From Bugula neritina (taxonomy: Eukaryota > Animalia > Bryozoa), in the NCBI GenBank assembly GCA_964035545.1, contig OZ037767.1, forward strand, positions 20,724,628 to 20,788,627: 64,000 bases of DNA. Direction: 5' to 3'. Within the stretch, counting starts at the first letter, position 1, and the number at the start of each line of letters is the position of its first letter. The position numbers and the translations under genes were made by a program. Of the stretch, positions 51,961-64,000 are shown piece after piece. Below the pieces are notes generated by a model. It was not told where the DNA came from and made no database searches. It saw only the letters and a list, made by a program, of their open reading frames with translations.

Positions 51961-54630
51961 GCTACAACTCATAGTTTAAGCAGTTTAGAGTTTTGCTTGC
52001 ATATAGGTTAAGTCAACATTTCTTGAGGAAAGCAGCTCTCCTATTGTAATCCATTATAATTATTAACAATGTCACACCTTCTCATGATATTCTTTGGCTT
52101 TTCATTGAAACCGGTTACCATATATTGTTTCTGCAATGAAGTACATGAAAATTATTCCTACCAATGCTTTGCTGCAAAAGTAAAAGGTTAAAAGAGCCAA
52201 TGTTATTCAAGAAACATTCAACGTATAAAGAATAAAATAAAATATATTTTGTGTCATGAGATGCTTTTACATACAATGTTATTCTATTATATATATTATC
52301 TAGTATATTACAGATATATTACATTATGTAATATGGTTATTTATATGTTTTAACTGCTATTGATAACTTTAGTACGGTACTAAGTTTTTTAAAATATCAC
52401 CTTTGAAAATTTTTTAGTTAAGCTCAACTATGGACGCAAAAACTTTGAAATTAAATTTCCATATTTTTAGTATAAGGGCTTACTGCATTTGTTTCTCTAT
52501 ATATCATATGTTTTAAGCGAGAATCTTAATTGTAAGTGCGTCTAAGCAACGCGGTGAAAATGTTAACTCACAGCCTTTGGTGTAGAATTACTTTATCCAG
52601 TTGCTGAACAGTTTGGTTTACAGCCTATCTGTGCGCTGATTAACTGGCGGATTAACTGAGTTAAAGGGAAAAGAAAGAACGTTAAACAAGAATTAAAAGT
52701 TTTCTCAACACTGAAGAGCCAACGAAAATTAACTATTATGCAAAATTGAGGCCCACAAAACAATGGCTATTATATAATGACAACATTTTAAAGATATTTA
52801 AAAGCCTAATAATAATATAATAATAATACATTTTGAATTTTTGAAGCACCATTTTCCTGTAAAGGTCCTGTTTTCTTTTGGTTGACAAAGTAGAGAATAG
52901 CTTTACTTTGAGTAACTATTATGTTAAAACACAAGGTTGGTGTTATCTGCATAATATACAGCTGAGGTCACATAAAGGGCACTACCAATATACCTACAGA
53001 TAAATAAGTCAGTGCCCTCATGATGGATGGCGGTCCATAATTATCTTGAGACAAAGATTAATTTGTTTAAAATTTTTATTTTAGTGAAATAGCTACAAAG
53101 GTATGTATGACATAGCATGGGAAAGTTACAGAGAAAGTAAATATTACTCATGCTATTTTTGTAATATATGTTTGACCAACACGGCTGGAATTAGCATGCA
53201 GAGGGTGAAACATGGATATTATATATATTGCTACTTATGTTCGTGACATACTCCGTCACTAAGTAGACAAGAACCAGTGATTCAAATGGTTATTACGGCT
53301 GCTTGTGCAAACAATATCCTTAATTTATATACAACATGCCTTCATTAACTCACATTTGCATACAAAACCTGGCTCATTTATGATTTGATCGAATCTCTAT
53401 AACTCCTGTTTCGCTAAGAAATTTTATAGACATGAGAGAAAATCTGTTATATAATATAAACAAATAAATAAATATGTTACATATATAAAAATCTTTTACA
53501 ATATTTTTATATTATATGTTGCACAAAGTGCTGCAAAATTCAAACATATGTTAGACTAAAGATATTCACTGCAAACAGAGCACAAGGCATTCGTATTTCA
53601 AAGCAGTGGGTTTATAGAGCTTATTTGATGATGCTAGAAGACGTCTAAAAGCGCTTTAACTTGAACTGCTGAAAACTCAGCTATAGCATCACAATGAATA
53701 TAAAGAAGCAGCCAGTCATGGTTAGTGACGCCATTAGTGATATTGCAATTGCTTGTATATTTGTTACTGTGATGTCATTCCTATCAGCACTCTCAAGTCT
53801 TTAGACTTTAATCTACAAATAGATAAAAATGAGTTTAGATTACAGAAAGAAGCACCTTATGCTTTGTCATAACATTGGACTTATATTTTAGTGTTGAGAT
53901 CGCAAGTTGAAAAAAGATTATAAAATATGAAGAGCAGCAAGACTAGTGATTCGTAAATGCAGCAGTAAGGTCAAGGCCAAGTTTATTTTTAGAATAACAA
54001 TTAGTTTAATTGTCATCTTCCCATGTCACGAGTGTTATGCAATACACCTGATTCCAGCAGTCATTGTGTCAGGTATAAAACGCAGTTACGTAATTTATTC
54101 ACATTTCTAAAACAAATAGTCGGGATAATCAACTTTTGACTTTGCTTGGGTTTATAAATATACATTATTTTGGAGTCCTGAATGATTGGGAGATGATTTC
54201 AGAATTACGAAACTTGGCAGCTTAAATCGCGGGACTTGAAATGTAATCTAAAAATAGTAATGAAAATAAAGCTATTTTTAGGTATGACTAATTAAAGCAT
54301 CACAGTGTAAATGACCGTCATCTAAGATGTTGTATTTTTTAATATGCGAGAGAAAAAAATGTTGAATCATGAATCTATTCTGCGTCAACATCATTTTTCT
54401 TCTCTAAAGTTTTCAGTCTGATAAATGAATTTTCTAGAAGCGAAATTAAATTCAGAATTGTTGCAAAATCTACCCGCATGAATTAACATTGAAATAACTG
54501 TTTGGTTGAAAGAGGATTATTCAACTAGAAAGAATTGCTCACACGGCTCCACTTAAGGATAAGAAAGGGCTTGTAGCATGAGTTCCATGAGCAGATTAAC
54601 TGATGGTAAATGGTGGTTGAGGTGAGACAA

Positions 54631-54690
54631 GGGTAGCTGAGGTAGTGCAGGGGTAGCTGAGGTAGTGCAAGGTAGCTGAGGTGGTACAAA
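54631..54690. repeat. 20-bp tandem repeat, about 3 copies (GGGTAGCTGAGGTAGTGCA)
   Basis: Units at 54631, 54651, 54671. Confidence 0.8.
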
Positions 54691-56914
54691 GGGCAAATTT
54701 CACATTTCAGTAAACAATTGCAACGAAAAGAGCTACTGCTTATAATAATCAAAAATTAAACTGAATAAAAACTAGAAATCTTCACACAAAATTCCTAATT
54801 CTAAACCTTAATGAAATGCTTTTGTCGGTAACTTGCTTACTAACAATGCATATAGAGAGGTTTATAGCACTTACATTGCACTAGTGAAAATATACTTTAT
54901 ATCCCTAATTTTATCAGTAATATGACAATTTGGATGATAGAAGTTTATCAAGTTTCTTTATGATGGATATAACAGGAAATTAAAGTTTAGTGCAGTTCAG
55001 AATATCAAAAACAAGAGGCGGTTGCGAGTTACTTGCGTTATGTTGAATCATACTGCTATCAATACCGGAGCTGAAATATCACTTCTAATAAATCAAGATT
55101 ATGGCCACTGCATTGTTCTCCTATAAACAATAATTGTATTTTTGACAAGTGATATTGTATTTTCTAATTTATTGCGGCATATAAAGTGGAGAGGCAAAAG
55201 CGATTATATGGTTAGCAACGAAATATTATCACATCAATAGCCGCAATGATATAATTTCAAAAATATTTTGCATTATTTACCAAATATTTCTATAGCAATT
55301 AAAAATAAATGTGACAACCTGAAATCTGTATGTAGCATAAATCAAAGAAATTATAAATAGCTTTGAGCTAAATAATTTCAACTTCTATGTTAACAGTTTT
55401 ATATATTCAAAGCATAAAACATGCTAAATATACATATTAAACCAACTAATTTTGAACTGTTGAAAAGGTTAAAACAATTATTATACTTATAAATAAGAAT
55501 GCATACATATTGATTAGCCTTTTTTTAAAACCTGTTTTTAAAGATTTTACAAACATTAACAAATTATCAGTCAATTTTGAATAGGCCAAACAAGTGCCCA
55601 AATCAGCACAAAATAAAGCCAAGTTTCAACATATAGCTAGACATGAGGTGTTGCAACAAAGCCCTAAAGAATTGTGAAAGGGAAAGGATATTTCCCAGGG
55701 GAAGTAGAGATAGTGCTAAAGTATAAGGGTTGCACTCTAAAGCTGGTCTGTCTGATGAATTACTATGCATCCAAGCCCACAACTGTATTCTTTTTTTTTC
55801 TTTTTTTTTGTTTTACTGCTTATTAAATACACCTCAAGTTATTAACTTTCAAGCACTTATTTGGTGCATGCAGCTATTGCTACTATTATTTTCAACAGCT
55901 AAAATTTAGCAATCATCAACATAAACAATATTCAATAAAAAAGGAATATTAAAGTGTTCAATAAAATTTATCAATATAATTTTGTTGCACTATTTTGATA
56001 CAATTCTGCATTACTCATCCTTAACTTTACAGAATTGATATTTTATACAATCAATTATTCATTAATTAAATATTTAGTAGCAAATTTCACATGCAGCTTT
56101 CCAATTACAGTGGGGAGAAAAGTCCAAATTTGAACAGTTATCAGAATGCTGTTATGAAATTTAATAATTAGCACTGGTACTGATTTATTATAAATTAACA
56201 AAAGTTTGAAATGTTTGGGCATACATTTAACATTTTTCATTAAAACAAGGTACTGCAATTAATACAAATTTTTAAAGATTATTATTTCCAGTTATGCTCA
56301 TGTGGGAGTTAATTTTGAGACAGATTATTTAAAACATATATAAAAGTTAAGTGAACATTTGCATAACATAGTAAACTAAAGTATTTATATTTATGCACCC
56401 CTATACATTGCTTTATTCTGGGTGACTGCTAATTCATGCAGTGCCCAAAAAATTAGAATTCATAATTGAATATTTAAATTTCATTAAAATCATTCATCAA
56501 CCTGTAATATTATGCTCCTTACTTTATGATAATTAATATTATAATTTTTCATATGCTGCTTCTTTGCAAATCCTTAGAATTCATCACAAATTCTAAATAT
56601 GGAGCTCATAAAAAATATCATTTTGACATTTGTTCAGATTGATTAGTGAGTCAGTTTGAATTGGTAGCGGGTGATTGATGGCGCGGTGTAGCAATTGGAG
56701 AGACAAATTTGGTTCCCATGATAATCATGTCTTACTCAATAATCAAAACTGACATTCAATCTATTTTTAATTTTCCTCAAAACATTGTTACCTCAAAATA
56801 GGAAGACTTTGAGTTTCAATATGCCAAAGACCACAGTCTACATATAGCCTGAGTATCTCACTCACCACTGCAGACACCCGCCCGCACACGTGCCTTGTAT
56901 GTGACACGAACTAT

Positions 56915-57083
56915 GCAGGTATAGGGTATACAGGTATACAGGTATACAGGAAAGGGGTATACAGGTACAGGGTATGTAGGTAAGGGGTATACAGGTATAC
57001 AGGTAAGGGCTATATATAGGTATGCAGGTAAGGGGTATATAGAGATACAGGTAAGGGGTACATAGAGATACGAGTAAGGTATA
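56915..57083. repeat. Degenerate (CAGGTATA / CAGGTAAGGGGTAT)n repeat
   Basis: Purine-rich on +, pyrimidine-rich on -. Confidence 0.85.
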
Positions 57084-60000
57084 GCCATGCTGATGAGGGG
57101 CTACGCGGTGGTTACGTTATGGAAATTGGTGTTATTGTAGGACAGAAGATAAATGCCAATGCTGAGGAATTTAGATGAGGCGGTGCCTGCAAGTCTCTGC
57201 TACTTGGAATACAACTAGCTCAGTTCAGGGTAGTGATATCGCTAACATATTTACACTTGGCTTTTTTATTCACATTTTTGGCAAAAGAAAATCATCTTTC
57301 TTCTCATGACACGTTAATATCATTGTTTTCCAAAAAAATAGATTTCTCTCACAAAACTCCCGCAGTAATTTGAACTGTAGTTTGAAAAGTTTATTGAAAA
57401 TATAAAAAATGGAAGCGGTTGAGTCTTTAAGATTGACAGGTTTTCAGGGACTAAAAATGTTTTCCAAATTTAAGTATGACAAAAGTTCACCTTCCTTAAA
57501 TTTTTCTCTAAAAGGTTCTTTCCAATTTAGTTACACAATTAATGCAGCACGAATACCTCTTAAACACACCTGCTGATATAATACTGAATTCTCAGACTAT
57601 TTGCTAGTCAGTTTGTTGAACATTTCAGCAATTCTTAGTGTTGTGTGCCTTGGCTGCAAAAGCTTTGTTAATATTGCACTTGTAGGTTTATTCTCAAGCT
57701 TAGTTTTTCCAATGCAATCTTGAATGTGCAATTAAAACTTTTATCTTTTATTTTTACATAATGTATACATTATACTATTAACTGAATTATATTTCACAAC
57801 TCATCAGTCTGTTGCTAGTTGTATTTGGCAAATAGAAACTTGGCTAAAATCTAAAACCGATGCCAACATATTTTACTGAAACAACTTCTTTTAAAAATAA
57901 TGTTCAAAATAGATACTAATATACTTTTTCTTAAATTGCTTGTATAGATTTTTTATGCCTTTCCTTTCAGAAATAGAAGCAACATCTAACATCAGTCGTA
58001 CGCTGGCCTGTGAGAATATCTCGTGTTGAATAATATGATATCACACGTCTAAACATTGCAGTATGCGCAGAAGCAAATCCAAATGTACCAATCAATGATG
58101 AGGCAAAGTCAACTATTACGTTGTGTATGTAAGCTCATTAAATTTTAAAGTCTCTATTCTCACTAAATTTTTTTAAAGAACTGCATATGCCTTATTCTTT
58201 ATTTATTGCCACCTGCAGTAACAGGTCTTTTAGACTGGCAAAAGCCCTACATAGTAGAGCATTCTCCTGTAGATTGTCACTAAACGGAGCTAACCAGAGT
58301 TCAAAGCAGCAGAGTCTTGTTTTGTAACATCTACTCTGACAGGCTCTTCATCTAATAATGTACACTAAAATTATGTAACAGCTACTCTCATAGGCTCTTC
58401 ATATTGTACACTGAAACTCATGAGGTAAACAAAGGTTGTCATCTATTTACTAAGTAGACATACAATCCTTGCAGAATCTTGTGTCTGTTTTAAACCAGCT
58501 TACATTTATTGTACTTTTCAATCAGGTTTCAACTAGTATTTACTCAGCATCTAATTTTACCCCATGTTGTTTCTGAATATAAAATCAGCATAAATTAGCT
58601 AAAATATTGTACTTTTCACAAACTGATAAATCATTTTGAAGTTAAAGATAAGTTTATCTCGCTAGACAAATACTTGCACACCGCAGCATATTCAGCTTTC
58701 AATCATCTTCTACTAAAACTTGTTTTCAAGCATATCCTTTGCATATACTGCAGTTTTCAAGCATCCTTATTTGGAAATAACTTTGTGCCATATCTCAACA
58801 AAATATTAATGAGAATGGAATATTTTTTAAAAAAAGACAACTTCTGTGTTTTCTGCACTATAGTAAGCATATTGTTGAACATATAGGTTATAGAAGAAAC
58901 AAACTGACATCATGAGATTCAAAAGTCAAACTGTAATCATGCTTTAGTTTAGATTGTAAAGAATGGATAAATTGTGACCATGTTAGGCCTATTTAAGAGC
59001 AAACGAGTTTAACTTAACCCAAAAATTAGCCTGAAACTTTAGAAAGCTTGCCTACTTACTGCCCTGACTACCTGGCAAGAGTTCTGGCTATGCTGGTATC
59101 ATTTGTTATGTAATGGCTGCAGAAGTATTTTCTCAGCGGTTGGTAAAAATAACCAGTGGTGTTGCGTGGGTGAACACTGTGTACCATCTTTCCTCTAGCA
59201 GGCATTGGGTGGGGTTAGTTGACACCTGTCCAAATGTAACCTGGGCTGCCATCTTCAGATCTCTAAAATGCTGTTATTAAATCACAATCCATCATAATAT
59301 TTCTTGCCTATTGATATTGGATGCGTTTTGAAAAACATCCAATAAAAATCAAACTCAAGACAATTTAGGCATTTAGTTATTTGTTTTTTCTTATTTTTTA
59401 CTAATTATATATTTAGCAAATACCTAGTTTCTACATTGCCAGCACCTCATAGTTCAAAGTGAAGCCGCCAAAACATGTTAATATTTAAAAAGGCTGAGTA
59501 CATTGTGCAGCATGTTGCTTTAGCTATATTCTGTGTACATCTTATATTGTTACTATCACTGCTTGTATTACACTACCACATTATGAGTCCTATGTTACAA
59601 AAGTGTGTTTAATATATTTATAATTGTATTGAAGCTGTAACGATGCATTTGCTTTTTGATTACCAAGTATATTAAAAATGCTTTATTCATTGGATAGATC
59701 AAATCTGAAAGTGTGTTTAGACCTTCAAAATTTTTTACTCAAAAATTAATTTTGGCCGCCTTGACATTTCCCTGAAATGTCTTGTATTATAAAAGCAACT
59801 AGTCAAAATTATTGTTTTATGATAAAATTTTTAGTTATATGCAGTTAAGGGAAATGGCTCATCTTGTTATCTATCAATATTCAACTATTACAGTTTAAAT
59901 ATTAAATTTAAATAAATAAAATTTAAAAGCTTTAAATTGTGTTTCTCAATGTTTACCGCTCCTATTATTGAATTTAAGACATTGAATTGCCGATAGTGTA

Positions 60001-60866
60001 TCTATTTTCAAAAAGCATCGAGTATCAATTTAGAAGTCATGTTTTGCTGTGAAAAAGTTATCTTCCATTTCAATATGATTTGGGGGGGGAAGGGAGGGTC
60101 AGCAAACTTGAGTGCTCGGCTATAAGTGGAATCAACTAACACAACTGAAATAAAAGTTTTATGTTAATAGCTGCTGGCCTAAACCTGAATGGAAACTTTA
60201 AATAGAGATTTACATATCAAACAAGTATGCAAAAATAAAGTACACAATAATAAAGTATATAATATTAAAATATACAATAATAAAGTATTATACAAGAATA
60301 AACTAAATAAGAATAGAGTATACAAGTATGCAGAAAAAATACTCAGTGACAATGCAAAGGATGCTATGTTTAATATGGTAGTAAAAATCAAAGAACCTCA
60401 CTGGTTTGATTTGAAGTTAGCTTCTCATTTATCAGTTATAAACCTACTTAAGCACAACGTTACACCGACAAGTATAAACAAACAGGAATAGTATATTTAG
60501 ATGAAGGGCATGTTGTTACAGGTTAATAAGGGAGTAAAAGCTAACCTATATGCTATGATATAAACTGATGGCACATTTTGCTATGATATGAACTGATAGA
60601 ATATTTAGTTAAATAACCAACACTATCTAGTGAGCATGACATAAATGAGTGCATAATGAATGGTCAACATGATTCTAAAACATGTATAATTATGTAAACG
60701 TAATAAGCAATTTCCATCAATGAGTGGATCTGCAGTAGAATACTAATAGCAGTAAGGCTAGAGCCACATGCAGTGAAAATACCTGCAAGAACTGCCTGCC
60801 ACACACAATACGCTGTCAGCTGGAGCAAAACTCAAATTACTAATGGTATTTGTTAATAACTTTCAA

Positions 60867-61076
60867 CTCATGCAAGTTTATATTTGCCATCCCTGAGAGA
60901 AACCCCCTGATGAGAGGGTTTTTGTAAATCGGGCTAAGGACTCATCCATATGTGGCACAGGAACACTTATGACTAGATGCTCTTTCTAACATCACCAATG
61001 GCCTTTACTGGGGTTCCAACCCATGACTTCGTGTTTACTAAGCCAACGCTCTAACCCTTAGACCACGGCTGCTCCC
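60867..61076 (-). mobile_element. tRNA-headed SINE, family A, copy 2
   Basis: Reverse complement aligns end to end with 31411-31620 (roughly 85-90% over the first 150 nt by eye); B box mutated to GGTTGGAACC. Confidence 0.85.
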
Positions 61077-62179
61077 TAATGATTTTATTGTCATTTCATT
61101 GTGGAATCTCACTCGCTGTTCTCAATTCATATTGTGACTGATTAAAATAAAATTGCGAAACTTAAACTAGAAAAGTGGCCAATTAGATCATTATTGCAAA
61201 AAAATTTCTCAGTGTTTGTTCAGCATTTTGACCGTCTGAAATCTGCACAAAACAGCCTGATGTTTACAAACCATTCATGCAGAATTCTAGTCTGTGTTGT
61301 CTAAATAGGAAGCTAAAGTTTACTCCTTCAACTAATATCAAAATCTATCAGTTTCAAACAACTTCAAGAAATATACCTGCAAAAAATTATGATGATGCAA
61401 AAGGTTATGGTTTTAGGTTGTGCCTCACACCCATATGCTCTTTTACAGAATATGTTGTTTGGGCCAAGCAACAAAACAATAAATCTTTAAATATTTTGTT
61501 TTTATAACAAATCCACAACCCAGCCTGTGATATTGGCAGGAAAGTTTGGCGGGTTACCCATACAATTGTCCTATGGGTACGCCTTTGTGTTTTACTGGTT
61601 TTGAATACACCAACAAAAATAGATTGATTTTTACATTCATCAAAACCATAGATTTACTTTTTTAAAATAGAATAAAATTAATTTATTTGAAATTTGTTGG
61701 CATAGCCCCAAGTGCTTGCCATCTATGAATTCATCTGCTTATCGGGGTTTATAACTGTTTATTGCAAATAACTGAACAATTCCAGCTAAAGTTTTAAATT
61801 CTGGTTCTGGGCTCTAATACCTGATCTACATTTAGCCTCAAGTCTTCATTCTTAAATTTGAGGTGATCTGAAGAATCTTCTAGAACCATATAGCAGGAGT
61901 ACCAGAGTATTAATAGCTATGTTACTCAAATTATGTCAGCTATCAGGATTAGCACTTACCATGTCTTAAAACTTGGATTAGCACATCTTCTTTCTGAGAC
62001 CTATCTGCATGATAGCCGCAGATGGTTTGGAAACTTGAGTTGTATTCAGCTCTGATTGAGAAGATTTTGATGAGCTTCACGTTCTTATTTGTTGGGGGAA
62101 AGGCGGGTCTCTCCCTGTTTTTGATTCAGGGGGCGTTCATCATTGCTTGATACATGTCTGGGTGTAAAGGTAGAGAGTG

Positions 62180-62315
62180 GGTAAGTAGAAGTAGATAGTC
62201 ACGAGGTGGATATGTAAGGGGTGTATAGGCATTGAGTGAATAGGTAAGGGGTGGATAGGTAAGGGGTGGATAAATAATGGGTGGATAGGTAAGGGGTGGA
62301 TAGGAAGGGGTAGAT
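62180..62315. repeat. Degenerate 15-bp repeat (GGTAAGGGGTGGATA)
   Basis: Produces spurious YPPLT and PIHPL ORFs. Confidence 0.85.
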
Positions 62316-64000
62316 AAGTAGTTTCCACTCTCATCATAAAGCATTGGTTGCTTCATCATCAATAACAAATCTAAAAATGTAATATTGTTTTTAACAAAAG
62401 TAAATTGATTTCAGAAATAAGTTTCTAATGAGTTTAAAAGTTCTTTTTTATTCTTGGCATACGTATATAACTTTGAAAGTAAAAAAACTTCAAAGTTACT
62501 GCATATTTATAAAAAAAAATATATACTCATTTTAATTTTGGAAGTGCAGACCACCTTTAGGTTAGTAAAACTTCCTTCTTTTTCCACAAAAGAGTATGTC
62601 CAGCTGGCAAACTATTGTATTAACCAATGAAAATTTGTTCCTAAAATAAAGTGTGATTATTGTGGAATTTTTTATAGTAAATATTTAATTTATATTTTCA
62701 TATGCTGCCAATAATTAGAAAAAAAGCCAAAATTATATCACTTCAAGCTTTGATCTGTTTTTTGTAGTGGCCAAAGTTAATTATATTTGTGAGGAACAAT
62801 TTGAGACTCAAGCCAATAATAAGACAAGATTTTTCAGAAAAATAATACTTAATTTTTGATTTTATTAAAAAAAAGGAAAGAGTTTCTCCAAACTATTACA
62901 TAATTAATAGTTTACAATCCTTTTTTTGTTTATCAGGACATTGGATTTAATTTTGGTTTAAACGGGCACCTCCCACTGATTCTGTTACTATAGATAACCT
63001 TTTTGGCTCATCACCCATCATAGCTGGAACTGAAACAAATATTCCATCATTAAAAATTCTATAAGTGTGTGCATTAATTTTATAATAATTTACTGAAACA
63101 TAAATTTGAATAATAATTATGTTTTCTATAGATTCACCTTTAACAATGAATGTACACTGGCTGTCTACTGTATGACAATTTGAAAACCTTTTCAATATTT
63201 AGCATTTGATTAAATTAAAAATATTTAATAAAACACAACAATTATAGCAAGCAGAAATTTTGCAGTTTTGTATACTCCTGAAAACTCAAAACTTGACTTG
63301 TTTTTATTTGGTCGGTTAACTTGATTTTGTAAGTGCTGAACATAGCATTTCGGTACTATAATATCTTTGTTAAATTAAAGATATGATACTACCATAATGA
63401 TCTGGTAATTATAACTATACTATGCAAAGTTGACACACCAGTAATATGTCTTAGAGTTATATTAAACTAGCAATTGGTTGTATGCTGTTATATAATGTGT
63501 CAATTTATACAGCTGAATTAGTTCATTAAAATTCTTTGCTTATAAGAAAATAACTTTTGTACTGAATGCTCTGCACTTCAGCCATTATTTTCCAATTAAC
63601 AAGTGTTATAGCATACATTTGGCTTTCATGTCCAAACAACTGGGTAATTGGAAACAAAGCCTTGTGGACTTTTTTGTTAATTAATGCAAATATCTATATT
63701 ATATATCTGAAAATCATTTTTTATCTTCAACACCTGGCCTCAGATTAATTGAACTTTGCTGATAATTGATTGGGTTTATTGGGTATGACATGATGACCAT
63801 GTTAGAACTGTAACTGGCATCCAAATACACATATGCTATTTATAGTAACACAGGCTCTGGTTTACGAATTGATGTTATCCCCATAATATATTGGCTGTAA
63901 CATTTTACCAGCTGGAGGTATAATTCAAACGAATACCTTTATGTAATTAAGTCGCCCTTGGTTCCTGGATTAAACCAACGCCAAATGGCCTGTAAGCCTT

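Noticed and set aside
60189-60491. 100-aa Lys/Asn-rich ORF
   Set aside because: A-rich low-complexity sequence, no recognisable domain or splice support.

Overview
AT-rich, intron-containing animal genomic DNA, probably invertebrate; the taxon cannot be fixed from sequence alone. Two protein-coding genes could be rebuilt exon by exon with consistent GT-AG sites and phases. (1) WDCP (WD repeat and coiled-coil containing, C2orf44 family): + strand, 14 coding exons, 1053-28588, about 828 aa. (2) A class III POU homeobox gene (POU3; Brn1/Brn2/vvl family): - strand, 3 exons, 42394-37772, about 499 aa, convergent with WDCP. Also present are an intact intronic tRNA-Glu(TTC), two copies of one tRNA-headed SINE, a second SINE-like element, decayed Gypsy-like remnants and many mini/microsatellites. 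A candidate divergent first exon begins about 176 bp from the WDCP ATG. The most interesting pattern is that minisatellites repeatedly sit on or against splice sites, and one duplicates a WDCP 5' splice site 8 times. Using that pattern as a marker reveals a chain of minus-strand, mostly stop-closed exon candidates across the apparent gene desert upstream of POU3. These may be an unannotated spliced lncRNA or distal leader. Homology calls come from recalled family motifs, not database searches.
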